Positions 17,183-25,921 of a stretch of DNA of 34,588 nt are shown one piece after another. Position numbers and translations under genes: made by a program. Below the pieces are notes generated by a model that saw nothing but the letters and a program-made list of their open reading frames with translations, was not told the DNA's origin and made no database searches. The stretch lies in UHGV virus genome UHGV-0091505; one strand, given 5' to 3'. Source of the DNA: a virus. Within the stretch, counting starts at the first letter, position 1. Each line of letters begins with the position of its first letter.

Positions 17183-18858
17183 TGTGATTGCCCACCCTGA
17201 CCACTAACTGCATTCGCCATAGCTGACAAAACACTCGGATCAGAAGTTTTAGCTTCGCTTAGCGTCTTGGCACCCTGTGCCGCCGCCATCCCCATCGCCA
17301 TCATTTGTTGCTGCTGTTGCTGCTGTGCCCGTTGCTGGCGAGCCTGCTCAACCTGTTCCTGCGGAACAATGATGGTTGGAGACACTCCGGACATATCAGC
17401 GAATGCATCGATCGCCTGATCAACGTTGAGTTTGTCGAGAGCTTCTGGTTTCGCTTGCGCAAGTTGACCAATGAAGTTGACCGTAGACGCCAGACTGGAC
17501 AGGCCGATAGACTTCTGCGCCTGAGCCATGACGGAAATGTATTCGACCTTCAGTGGCATACCCTCCATCGCGTCAGGCGGTGGCGGCAGCATGTTTTTAC
17601 GCACCATCATCGAGAAAGCGCGGTCAATGAGAGGATTAAGACATTCGTCGTTCAGACGCTCCAGAACCGGCCCCAACATCAGAAGTTTTTCTTCTTTCAT
17701 TTCGATCACCGCTTCAACAGGCATCGAGCGGGTATTGATGTTCTGCAACATCATGAACAGATCGACAAAGTAGGCGCTGTTAATGATTTGACGAGTGTCC
17801 TGAATGTCTGCCACCAAATCTGCTGTACTGGGGTTAACCAGATAAGCAGGCCTGAAACCATCCTGACCAGTAATCTGATCGATATACGTGATGTCGCCAG
17901 GAAGAAGGGATGCGCGCTGATTCTTGAGGGAAGTCGGAGCAACCATCGGCGGATTGGTGGCTTTATCAATCAACTGTGACTTACGCTTCTGGAGAAGCTG
18001 CAATGCCTTAACAGGTCCAAGCGCCAGCATACCCGGGCATGATGATCCATAAACATCTTCGCCGTTAACTTCCCAGCGCGGAGCCATAATTGGAAACTCA
18101 TCGAATCCGGACTCACGCAACAACTTGTCGTTATCGCCACCAACCTCGTAATAAACCGATTTGAATGGCTTGTTCTTGCTATCCAGCTTCGATGTATCGC
18201 GGTCAATGTTCGGGTAAACCGAATGCATCACTTCAATCCACTTCTCGTAGGTGCCGCTTTCCCACATACTTTTTACGGATTCGCTGACGTTATTTAGCCC
18301 GAACTCCTGAACAAGCTGACGAACAGTCATAGAGAACTTGCGAAAACAGGTGTCCACACTGCCACGAGGTGAGTTAGCCAGGTAGTAACTGCCTATCGGG
18401 AATGGCATTGTGCGAATGATGTCCTCGTCATCCTCCAGCACTGCCATTGCACCAGTGCTGTATGTGCCGAGGCTTCCGTATAACTGCGGCAGCGACTGAT
18501 AGAGATTCGACTTATTGAACATATCGTTCATGCGGTTCTGCACCGCCTCAAGCCACAACTTAACAGGGCCATAATCCATCATTTCAGGATCTGGCGTAGC
18601 CAGGCGAAACCACGGACGCGCGGGGCTTGTGATGCCTGACATCATGCCGCTGGCGAGAGTGCGCGCCGCCATAGTCCCGGTCGAATCAATAATGCGTGTA
18701 TTGCGTCGATCGTTACGGTTGACCTCAGAAGTCAGAAAGCGGGAACCACGCGGGTTGATGTAATCACTCAACTCGCGCCAGTGCGGCTCGAACGACTGAC
18801 GCTCGCTTTCAAGTTGTGCGAACTGTTTGTTCAATCGCTCTTTAGTTGTTTCCGCCAT
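17179..18858 (-). CDS. portal protein
   Basis: 559 aa, position immediately after the terminase block, Gln-rich C-terminal tail; SD CGGAGTCATTGA before ATG. Confidence 0.8.
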   Translation of the reverse strand: MAETTKERLNKQFAQLESERQSFEPHWRELSDYINPRGSRFLTSEVNRNDRRNTRIIDSTGTMAARTLASGMMSGITSPARPWFRLATPDPEMMDYGPVKLWLEAVQNRMNDMFNKSNLYQSLPQLYGSLGTYSTGAMAVLEDDEDIIRTMPFPIGSYYLANSPRGSVDTCFRKFSMTVRQLVQEFGLNNVSESVKSMWESGTYEKWIEVMHSVYPNIDRDTSKLDSKNKPFKSVYYEVGGDNDKLLRESGFDEFPIMAPRWEVNGEDVYGSSCPGMLALGPVKALQLLQKRKSQLIDKATNPPMVAPTSLKNQRASLLPGDITYIDQITGQDGFRPAYLVNPSTADLVADIQDTRQIINSAYFVDLFMMLQNINTRSMPVEAVIEMKEEKLLMLGPVLERLNDECLNPLIDRAFSMMVRKNMLPPPPDAMEGMPLKVEYISVMAQAQKSIGLSSLASTVNFIGQLAQAKPEALDKLNVDQAIDAFADMSGVSPTIIVPQEQVEQARQQRAQQQQQQQMMAMGMAAAQGAKTLSEAKTSDPSVLSAMANAVSGQGGQSQ

Positions 18859-18872
18859 TTCAATGACTCCGG

Positions 18873-19079
18873 TTACTGACCAAGCAGCGTTTTACCGCTG
18901 GTATTAGCGGTTGATGTGTCGCCCTGAGAACCGGTAAGCAGCGTAGAACTACGACCAGCAGCAGCGCGACGGCGACGTGTTTCTTCGTCGCGGGCATCAA
19001 CAACTGCGGCATCCTGCTCCTGTGGTGCTGCCTGAACTTCTGGTGTTGCAGGCACTGATGGTGAGCTACCCATGCACAT
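18873..19079 (-). CDS. small hypothetical protein upstream of portal
   Basis: 68-aa polar Arg-rich ORF; its start is preceded by the same CGGAGTCATTGA sequence found before the portal ATG. Confidence 0.35.
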   Translation of the reverse strand: MCMGSSPSVPATPEVQAAPQEQDAAVVDARDEETRRRRAAAGRSSTLLTGSQGDTSTANTSGKTLLGQ

Positions 19080-19169
19080 ATCAATGACTCCGTACGCAAT
19101 TAAATTATTACCAATTTAACCATATATGATTTATTTATCGTAGATAGTTGACATTTAACGCACAAATTA

Positions 19170-19184
19170 TTACCTTTCAGGTAG
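19170..19184. promoter_or_regulatory. operator-like site TTACCTTTCAGGTAG
   Basis: TTACC-N5-GGTAG; 14/14 identical to the core of the site at 1531-1545; a TTGACA hexamer lies 16 nt upstream. Confidence 0.3.
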
Positions 19185-19506
19185 CAAAGGGTTCATTCCG
19201 GTTATTAACCTGACTGGCTTGTCGTTAAATTGAACAGGTGGAGTGAGCTTTTATTTTGAGCAGTACGGCGTATGGCACATGCGTCGTTAGCGGTCTGGTG
19301 ACGTTAAAGGGGTTACCTTTTCCCCTAGCTCAGGCAACAAACCAGGTAGCCGGAATGTGCAAGCCCCGTTCATATCGTCGGACCGAGGACTCACCACCCT
19401 GGCGATTCGGTGTGACGCCTCGGAAGAGACGAGGGTACAACGATGAGAGCATTTATGGAGCCGCGACAAAGTGTGGCGCCTTAACAGGCTAAGTGCTCTC
19501 AGCGTT

Positions 19507-19583
19507 GTGGCATTAGCTCAGTTGGACAGAGCAACCGCCTTCTAAGCGGTTGGTCGCAGGTTCGAATCCTGCATGCCACGCCA
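19507..19583 (+). tRNA. tRNA-Arg (anticodon UCU), argU-like
   Basis: 77 nt cloverleaf folded by hand: acceptor GTGGCAT/ATGCCAC, D-arm GCTC/GAGC, anticodon stem ACCGC/GCGGT with loop CTTCTAA, T-arm GCAGG-TTCGAAT-CCTGC, discriminator G and encoded CCA. Confidence 0.85.
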
Positions 19584-19785
19584 GAATCACGCCTAAGGAC
19601 CGTGATGCCAGAAGTTCCAGGGGCTTGGCGGTGATGGTTTCCCTTGAAGGACTATCACCGCCCTTTTTACAGCAGGACGCCATTGCGATGACTTCATGCT
19701 GTAAACCAGTACAGCCACGGAAGGCATAACTCATTGCTTCCAGTTCGCCCGGTTCGCCGGGCATTTTTTAAGGTGAGATTAGACT

Positions 19786-20157
19786 ATGAGTGACAAAGAC
19801 ATTGAATCTGAAATTCAGGCTAAAGGTTTAGCCGCGCCGCGCGTTACGCCAGACCATATCGAGAGCATTATTGCTCAGGAGGCATATTTCACAGCAGAAG
19901 ATGGTGTCTTTGGCGTAGCCATAAAAGCGAAACATACTGGCGAAGAGGTAAACTACCAGCCGCACGAATCACTTTCTCTGCTGACGTTCTGCGTTCTGGT
20001 GCTGCGCAACGGCTTCACCGTCACCGGAGAGAGCGCCTGTGCAAGCCCGGAAAACTTTGATGCGGAAATTGGTCGGAAGATTGCCCGGCAGAATGCTGTA
20101 AACAAAATCTGGATGCTTGAAGGTTACTTGCTGAAGCAGAAGTTAAGCGAGCAATAA
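19786..20157 (+). CDS. Gp49-like phage protein (N4 gp49 / Sf6 gp66-type, function unknown)
   Basis: 123-aa ORF with SD AAGGTGAG; C-terminal pattern GESACASPENFDAEIGRKIARQNAVNKIWMLEGY recalled as this family; opposite strand to flanking terminase and portal. Confidence 0.5.
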   Translation: MSDKDIESEIQAKGLAAPRVTPDHIESIIAQEAYFTAEDGVFGVAIKAKHTGEEVNYQPHESLSLLTFCVLVLRNGFTVTGESACASPENFDAEIGRKIARQNAVNKIWMLEGYLLKQKLSEQ

Positions 20158-20161
20158 CACC

Positions 20162-20173
20162 GTGACATGTCAC
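20162..20173. repeat. perfect 12-bp palindrome GTGACATGTCAC (copy 2 of 3)
   Basis: 5 nt after the Gp49-like stop, in the convergent gap with terL; followed by a weak hairpin and a T-rich run. Confidence 0.6.
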
Positions 20174-20247
20174 AAACAGCCAGCTCATAGGGTGGCTTTG
20201 TTTTATCCTCACCAGAGGATATCAGCAGCATTATCCCCTCCAGCGGA

Positions 20248-21723
20248 TTAAGCATAGGGATCGTAATCTGTGATGGCCTTGCCTTGCTGGTTCTGCTGCC
20301 CGGGAATTCGCAGACGCTTCGACACAGGGAAAGCAAACGTCAGCAGTAGCGCATCGCCTTTACCCGGCGAACGCCCAAGACGCTCTTTGATATCTTCCTT
20401 CGGTTCGATAACGATTTTACCGTCCACACGAACTTTGTACTCTGCCGCCGACAGGTCGTCTGCAGTTTCCTGGTCATCCAGCATGCCGCCCAGCCTCAGC
20501 CATGTCTTACATGAGTTGAACATCTCCCCACGCTTGTTAAGCATCTGCGGGTCAGTGGACGCACCGCCGAACGGAACAAGTTGCCATGTACGTCCCCAGC
20601 CATCACCGATTGACTTCAAACCGGTTCCGTAACCGAAGTCGATGAACACCGCGTCAGCCTGATACTGGTCTTCAAAGTCAGCGATACGCTTCGCCATAAT
20701 CAGATCGTCGGTAGTCTTGTTGCCAGTCCACAGCACCTTACTGTGTAGCCCCTGCCGCAGGTATATCACCGCGTCATCAACGCCTGAATATGCCGGGTCA
20801 ACACCGATTATCACCGGAGCATGCGCCACCTGCGCAGCGGTCACCACCCGTTTCATTGCCTCATCAGTAAGACCGGTAGGGATAAACTGCAATTCAGATG
20901 CATCAGGGAATATGCCGCGCACACGGATTTTAACGAAGTCGCTGTCTTCCCCGTAGTCATCAACCCATTTCTGCAACTGCTGTTTGTTAGTGCCTTCCAC
21001 CGTCCGGCTGTCAATCTGCGCAGTTTTCCAGCGGTGTTTATACTTGCGGAAACATTCACGGAATCGCCCGGTGTTACGTGTAGGGTTTCCGAACGCCACC
21101 CAGATAATCTCAGTGTCTTCGTCCGTAAGCGCACCCTCAGCAACTTCCCACACCAGATCCGCAATGTTCGACGCTTCATCGAATACCACGATGATGCGTT
21201 TGCGCTCGTTGTGTAGTCCGGCGAATGCCTCAGTGTTGTGCTCAGACCAGGGGATTGCGTCAGCTCGCCACCGCTTGTCGTGCCCAGGGTCATTGCTGTA
21301 CATCGCGGTAGCGGTACAGGTAAACCAGTCTTTCGTGATAGCAAGGTTCGACCACTTGATAATTTCCGGCCAGGTCTTCGTTCGTAGCTGGTTGTCGGTG
21401 TTGGCAGTCACCACGACCTTACAATCCTCGCAAGTGGACATGCCCCAGTTGATCAGCATTGAGATGAATGCGGATTTACCAATACCGTGACCAGAAGCGC
21501 GTGCCAGCATAAGCGGCTGATAGCGCGTCTCTGGATTCTGCAGGTGATCACGTATCTCTCGGAACGCATCAGCCTGCCACTGACGTGGGCCGGTGGCATG
21601 TGCCAGTTCAGTCCCCTCTTCCCCCCACGGGAACGCATAGAGGGCATAGCCAAGCGGATCGTGAGTGAACCCTGCAATATCCTCGATCAACTGCTCTTCA
21701 GGAGATAACGCTGTATCTGTCAC
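20248..21723 (-). CDS. terminase large subunit
   Basis: 491 aa; Walker A-like ARASGHGIGKS, ATPase plus nuclease-sized domains; directly downstream of terS with overlapping stop/start. Confidence 0.9.
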   Translation of the reverse strand: MTDTALSPEEQLIEDIAGFTHDPLGYALYAFPWGEEGTELAHATGPRQWQADAFREIRDHLQNPETRYQPLMLARASGHGIGKSAFISMLINWGMSTCEDCKVVVTANTDNQLRTKTWPEIIKWSNLAITKDWFTCTATAMYSNDPGHDKRWRADAIPWSEHNTEAFAGLHNERKRIIVVFDEASNIADLVWEVAEGALTDEDTEIIWVAFGNPTRNTGRFRECFRKYKHRWKTAQIDSRTVEGTNKQQLQKWVDDYGEDSDFVKIRVRGIFPDASELQFIPTGLTDEAMKRVVTAAQVAHAPVIIGVDPAYSGVDDAVIYLRQGLHSKVLWTGNKTTDDLIMAKRIADFEDQYQADAVFIDFGYGTGLKSIGDGWGRTWQLVPFGGASTDPQMLNKRGEMFNSCKTWLRLGGMLDDQETADDLSAAEYKVRVDGKIVIEPKEDIKERLGRSPGKGDALLLTFAFPVSKRLRIPGQQNQQGKAITDYDPYA

Positions 21724-22316
21724 TGATTACCATCCTGACGTTCTTTGAGTCGCTTCCTGGCTGCCGCTATGCGATCAGCAATTGTCACATTCACATTAAC
21801 ATCCAAGCGTTCTTTGAATGCATTGACATCGACGTGCTTGCCAATCAGTTCGAGGTTCTTCACCTTGTCAGGCCATTTAATTTTTTTGAGGATTGTCTCT
21901 ATCGAATCCTCGTTCATGTTCATGATGGTCGATGACAGATCAAAGCCACTAAGCGTAGTGCGCCAGATTTTCGGCCACTCACGGATTGGTTTAAGGCTCC
22001 CATCGTCGTTGAGGATGTCGATCACGTCCATCTGGTCGATCTCCACCAGGCGCATGAGAACGTAATCAGCACTGACACGCATTCGTTTGTTGCGCTCCTC
22101 CATCAGCTCGGCAATCCGTTTCTGAATGCGTTCATCGCGCATCATGACACTGGCTTTAACTGCCGCTGTATTTGGGGAGAATCCTGCGTTAATCGCTGCC
22201 TGAGTCTGGTTTTCAGGCGTTTTGATGTATGACTGGCAATAAGCCTCCTGCATTGCTGTGAGCGGCTTAAATTGCGTTGATTTGCGTTTATAGGTTTTAG
22301 GTTCAGCAGGCATCAT
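21720..22316 (-). CDS. terminase small subunit
   Basis: Probable start at the ATG pair 22316/22313 (MMPAEPK..); the longer track ORF extends through an operator repeat translating to TITTTVTITTVV; DNA-binding type N-terminus. Confidence 0.8.
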   Translation of the reverse strand: MMPAEPKTYKRKSTQFKPLTAMQEAYCQSYIKTPENQTQAAINAGFSPNTAAVKASVMMRDERIQKRIAELMEERNKRMRVSADYVLMRLVEIDQMDVIDILNDDGSLKPIREWPKIWRTTLSGFDLSSTIMNMNEDSIETILKKIKWPDKVKNLELIGKHVDVNAFKERLDVNVNVTIADRIAAARKRLKERQDGNQ

Positions 22317-22333
22317 AACCACCGTGGTAATAG

Positions 22334-22348
22334 TTACCGTTGTGGTAA
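22334..22348. promoter_or_regulatory. operator palindrome TTACCGTTGTGGTAA upstream of terS
   Basis: Perfect TTACC-N5-GGTAA 18 nt upstream of the terS start; preceded on the minus strand by TACTAT (-10-like). Confidence 0.4.
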
Positions 22349-22354
22349 TAGTAC

Positions 22355-22385
22355 CATGCAAAATAAAGCCGCCATAGTTGGCGGC
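22355..22385 (-). terminator. intrinsic terminator between nin-like block and terminase genes
   Basis: On minus strand GCCGCC-AACTAT-GGCGGC followed by TTTATTTTG. Confidence 0.5.
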
Positions 22386-22426
22386 AGTATTCAAAACCCA
22401 TCAAATTTATCATGCATAATCTACTC

Positions 22427-22438
22427 GTGACATGTCAC
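22427..22438. repeat. perfect 12-bp palindrome GTGACATGTCAC (copy 3 of 3)
   Basis: Overlaps the stop codon of the 112-aa gene, upstream of the terminator and terS. Confidence 0.6.
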
Positions 22439-22773
22439 ACTATTAATTTCGTTTCATGCCAGCCTTTAGTCACCCAGCATTGCGAGTCACCATTACACGG
22501 GCATGAATTCACAGGAATTCTCTCGCCGCACTTACCGCAAAGTTTTCTGCTGATCGATTTTATACGCCCGCGCACGCGTACATCATCCTGGCGGATCAGT
22601 AACGCGATATACTCACCAAATTCGTAAGGTGCACGCCCGGGGCGACGAGTGGCACAGTTACGCTCCAGCATTTCAATTTCCTGAGCATCAAGCACAATCT
22701 CCAGCTTACGTACACCGGATGCAGCTTGTCTGGCTCTCTGAGCGGCTTTGCGCTCTGCTGCTGATTTAGCCAT
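22435..22773 (-). CDS. hypothetical Cys-cluster (zinc-binding-like) protein
   Basis: 112 aa; basic N-terminus, CGKCG and CPCNGDSQC clusters; last gene before terS. Confidence 0.45.
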   Translation of the reverse strand: MAKSAAERKAAQRARQAASGVRKLEIVLDAQEIEMLERNCATRRPGRAPYEFGEYIALLIRQDDVRVRGRIKSISRKLCGKCGERIPVNSCPCNGDSQCWVTKGWHETKLIV

Positions 22774-23047
22774 TGATATTCACCTTTATCGCGAACACCT
22801 TTACCGGTTTATCACCGAAGTGCGGATGCGTGATTGTCTTGATTTCATATCCGCCATACGGAACATCAATTCTGCGGCTGGAATCGTCGCGCTTCGGATA
22901 TCCCTTTGTGATAATCAGGCGGTCATACTCCCGGAACATAATTCGCTTATTCCAGTAGTCATTACACAGGCGATACTCTTCCGTTTTCTCTCTGCGAATC
23001 ATGGCATCGAAGTATTCACCTTTGACGGCAAGTTGCAGGTTAGCCAC
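22766..23047 (-). CDS. hypothetical protein (possible ASCH/PUA-like fold)
   Basis: 93-aa ORF in the nin-like block; weak pattern similarity only. Confidence 0.4.
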   Translation of the reverse strand: MANLQLAVKGEYFDAMIRREKTEEYRLCNDYWNKRIMFREYDRLIITKGYPKRDDSSRRIDVPYGGYEIKTITHPHFGDKPVKVFAIKVNING

Positions 23048-23342
23048 GATTAACCTCCTGCGGAGTAGCCTTTACAAGCACTGGTGTAAATCCATCTTCA
23101 TTAAGGTTATGAATATAGACTTCTGTTCTCCTGCGCTCTTCAACGTTTAATATGGTTTCTGGATCATAAACCCATACTTTCATTCGAGTATTCCATGAAG
23201 AAATCGCTTCAGATTTAGTTCGTTTTTCTGGTCCTTGGGCGCCACATTTGCATGACACATAGCGCATTTTCCCTCTGATACTGAATGAGTATCCGATGTT
23301 AAGCACAGTGGAACCACAGAATGGGCAGCGATATAGATTCAT
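23040..23342 (-). CDS. Lar-family restriction alleviation-like protein
   Basis: 100 aa; MNLYRCPFCGS...CKCGAQGP...AISSWNTR matches the Lar-family Cys pattern. Confidence 0.5.
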   Translation of the reverse strand: MNLYRCPFCGSTVLNIGYSFSIRGKMRYVSCKCGAQGPEKRTKSEAISSWNTRMKVWVYDPETILNVEERRRTEVYIHNLNEDGFTPVLVKATPQEVNRG

Positions 23343-23857
23343 AAATCATCCACCTTAGGCGCAGCTGAGACAGCAACATTCCAGAACTCAGAAAACATAT
23401 TGTATGCACCAGATAGATTGGAAGTGGCATACCCTCCAAGCTCACTTCTAATCTGAACAGCTCTCATCATTTCCGGGGTTAACTCCTTCGGCACCATAAC
23501 CCAACCATCCGGAATGACCGGAGAGTTGCCATTTACATCGAAGTTTGGCTCTGCGTCCTGAACCAGGAGGATGTAACCATTCTTGGCAGTATCAAGTTCT
23601 AACGCCTCGGTGACGGTGCCGAAATAGCGATTACCTAAATCAGCATCACAAGTGCTTACATCAATGGAAACTTCCATCCCTTCGATTAATTCTGGCAAGT
23701 TGTAAGTTTGGCTTACAGGCTCTGCTTCCAGCGATGCCAGTGCAATCCGTGCCAGTTCTTCCGCTTCTTCTGCTGGCAGTACAACGCTGCTACCAGGTCC
23801 GTATGTTTCGCGCCACTGCTTGATTGTCAGCAGTCGCTCTTTGGTAATAGTGGTCAT
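23339..23857 (-). CDS. hypothetical protein
   Basis: 172-aa ORF, coupled to neighbours in the nin-like block. Confidence 0.45.
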   Translation of the reverse strand: MTTITKERLLTIKQWRETYGPGSSVVLPAEEAEELARIALASLEAEPVSQTYNLPELIEGMEVSIDVSTCDADLGNRYFGTVTEALELDTAKNGYILLVQDAEPNFDVNGNSPVIPDGWVMVPKELTPEMMRAVQIRSELGGYATSNLSGAYNMFSEFWNVAVSAAPKVDDL

Positions 23858-24093
23858 TTGTTAATCCTCAAAACTTTATGCCCGGGCGCAAAAGCACGCG
23901 TTTTGTCTTTGCTTATTCGCCAGCCATCCTTGCGCGCCTCTTTTGCACAGCCAGCCCATGACGTACCTATATACTCACCGAAGTCTGGCGACTTATATTT
24001 GCCATCTGTACACTGGAGGCAATCACAATAGAGATGCATGGTGTAACTTGCAGCGATAGCCATATCACTCTCCTTTGATGCGAATGCCAGCAA
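23854..24093 (-). CDS. hypothetical Cys-rich small protein
   Basis: 79 aa with CDCLQC cluster. Confidence 0.4.
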   Translation of the reverse strand: MLAFASKESDMAIAASYTMHLYCDCLQCTDGKYKSPDFGEYIGTSWAGCAKEARKDGWRISKDKTRAFAPGHKVLRINK

Positions 24094-24895
24094 GCCAGTT
24101 TCTGATGCCGATATATTCAGCGTTTCTGAAACCGCTTTTTACATATATAAAAGGCAAGCGAAGATTGTGACCATTGGCTGCCAGGTAGTCTTTACAACCC
24201 TGCTCGGTGAAACAGCAGGTCACGAATTCATCAATATCTTTCACAGCAACACGCCGCCATTTTTCTGGTGGCTCCCGAAAGTTTTCATGAAGTAGTTCGA
24301 GACGACGACTTTGGAGTTTATTGGCTTCATTGCCATCTTCATCAACCCAGACAATCCGGTCATAGTCATAATCAGCATCAACAACGATTTCGCGCTTTTG
24401 ATACACACAAAACATAGGATCTGACGTTATTCGATTATCCTGTGTTCGAATATTTTCACCGATGATGCTAAACGAATCTGGTGCAGATTTTGTCTGCAAC
24501 TCTTCGATACGTTCAGCCATCGCAGCACACTCTTCAAAGTTGCTTAATGCTTTTCGCTCCCATTCGGCGCATTGTTTTCCAAGCTCTGCAATCAGCTTGT
24601 CTTTGCCTTCCAGCTCAACGCGCAGCCTCCCAACCGTTAGCGCAATATCCTCGTTCTCCTGGTCGCGGCGTTTGATGTATTGCTGGTTTCTTTCCCGTTC
24701 ATCCAGTAGTGCCAGCACGGTTTCTGGTCCGGCCAGAAATTTGAAGGCGTTGAGCGCATCAATATCCACACCGTAATCTTTAAGTTCCTGTTCACTTAAC
24801 AAATCATCATCAGCTGGCAACATTAACAGGCGTTCCATTGCTGGAATTGCACGTTCCGCCGCCTCACGCAGTGCCTGGTAATTAATTTCGCTCAC
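24065..24895 (-). CDS. hypothetical protein (coiled-coil, Ea22/Ead-like flavour)
   Basis: 276 aa, central coiled-coil, Cys-containing C-terminal domain. Confidence 0.45.
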   Translation of the reverse strand: MSEINYQALREAAERAIPAMERLLMLPADDDLLSEQELKDYGVDIDALNAFKFLAGPETVLALLDERERNQQYIKRRDQENEDIALTVGRLRVELEGKDKLIAELGKQCAEWERKALSNFEECAAMAERIEELQTKSAPDSFSIIGENIRTQDNRITSDPMFCVYQKREIVVDADYDYDRIVWVDEDGNEANKLQSRRLELLHENFREPPEKWRRVAVKDIDEFVTCCFTEQGCKDYLAANGHNLRLPFIYVKSGFRNAEYIGIRNWLAGIRIKGE

Positions 24896-25512
24896 TGGTT
24901 GCCTCCTTTGCGAAGCTGGGCAGCAAAGTCAACTAACCACTCAGTCATTTCAACCTTCCCTACCAGGTCTGAACCAGGGTGCATACAGCAATCACTCTGC
25001 GCCGCTTTGAAATCCTTATACTCATATTCTTGGGCCACCAGATTTTTTGCAGCTTCTATAGCAGCATCCACGCCCTGCGCCCGTATTTCAGACAGGAAAG
25101 CATCAGTGGCTGGAGTTTCAACACGGATGCTGTCGCGCAAGATGAAAAATGCATTGAGCATTCCAGTCTCTGGCACTTCATCCTGATGCTTCTCATACGC
25201 ATCAAGAGCCTTCATCATCTCAGGTCCGAATGGTTGAGGGTGCGCAGACTTCAGCCCCGCATTCTCCGCCGCCAGCGCCGAAAACTTCTCGTGTGCCAAC
25301 TTAACAGCCGCATCAGCCTGCTTAATTGACTCAATCGCTTTCTGCTGGTCTTCGGCCAGCGCATTAGCACGCACCAGTTGCACTTCCAGTTGCGTTGCCA
25401 AATCGCTGATCAGCTTTGCCACACTGCGCATATCAACGGCACCACATTCTGCTTTCAGTTCCGAAGCCATCTCATGCCCGGCGGCAACTAACCATTTGAT
25501 ATTATTTTCCAT
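24892..25512 (-). CDS. hypothetical protein
   Basis: 206-aa ORF, helical, coupled to downstream gene. Confidence 0.45.
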   Translation of the reverse strand: MENNIKWLVAAGHEMASELKAECGAVDMRSVAKLISDLATQLEVQLVRANALAEDQQKAIESIKQADAAVKLAHEKFSALAAENAGLKSAHPQPFGPEMMKALDAYEKHQDEVPETGMLNAFFILRDSIRVETPATDAFLSEIRAQGVDAAIEAAKNLVAQEYEYKDFKAAQSDCCMHPGSDLVGKVEMTEWLVDFAAQLRKGGNQ

Positions 25513-25573
25513 CTTTACCCTCGCTTATCCACATAACTTATTGATTACATTGATAACTAAAAAGATCGTCGAT

Positions 25574-25918
25574 TCAGAACTCTTCGATGTTCCAGCCACC
25601 ACCTGCTTTCTTTGGTTTAACCGTTACCCCGATGATTCGGAACGGATACTGATCTGCGGCGACTTTGGTTTTCACCCTGGCGTCGTCGGTCCAGAAACCT
25701 TTCACTTCGTGCAGTTCCATCTCGCCGGTGGCGAGCATCACAGCAAAATCGGGCGTATAGAACGTGTTGTCAGCTAACCGCAGCTTGATACCCTCGAATC
25801 GATACCAGGCGATTTCCCCTGCACGTTTACGCAGCTCAAGGTGCTGGCAATACGCAGATTCTGTTTTGTTCATCTGGCCTGTTTTGAGTCGACCAAGAGC
25901 CTGTATCTGTTTTCTCAT
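25574..25918 (-). CDS. DUF1064-family phage protein
   Basis: 114 aa; pattern YCQHLELRKRAGEIAWYRFEGIKLRL..YTPDF..EVKGFWTDDARVKTK typical of DUF1064. Confidence 0.55.
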   Translation of the reverse strand: MRKQIQALGRLKTGQMNKTESAYCQHLELRKRAGEIAWYRFEGIKLRLADNTFYTPDFAVMLATGEMELHEVKGFWTDDARVKTKVAADQYPFRIIGVTVKPKKAGGGWNIEEF

Positions 25919-25921
25919 GAT

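Noticed and set aside
17305-17979. 224-aa plus-strand ORF inside the portal gene
   Set aside because: Antisense to the portal coding sequence, begins with a Leu run from the reverse of the Gln-rich portal tail; no independent support.
18860-19099. 79-aa alternative-frame ORF upstream of portal
   Set aside because: Overlaps the 18873-19079 ORF, which has the duplicated portal-type SD and more protein-like composition; this frame is Leu/His/Arg-rich with no SD.
19256-19492. 78-aa ORF upstream of the tRNA
   Set aside because: No SD, Arg/Pro-rich odd composition, and it occupies the structured leader region just 5-prime of the tRNA; more likely non-coding, though a degenerate tRNA could not be confirmed by hand.
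20176-20204. Intrinsic terminator after the Gp49-like gene
   Set aside because: Stem is only about 5 bp with a 10-nt loop before the T-rich run; too weak to call confidently, so it is mentioned only as context for the adjacent palindrome.
22317-22394. N-terminal extension of terS (MNTAANYGGFILHGTITTTVTITTVV)
   Set aside because: Translates an operator palindrome and terminator hairpin into a low-complexity Thr/Val run; the internal ATG pair at 22316/22313 is the more likely start.
22435-22773. HNH endonuclease or Ogr/Delta-type late activator for the 112-aa Cys-cluster protein
   Set aside because: Cys spacing does not match Ogr/Delta (C-x2-C-x22-C-x4-C) and no His-Asn-His motif is present; left as hypothetical.
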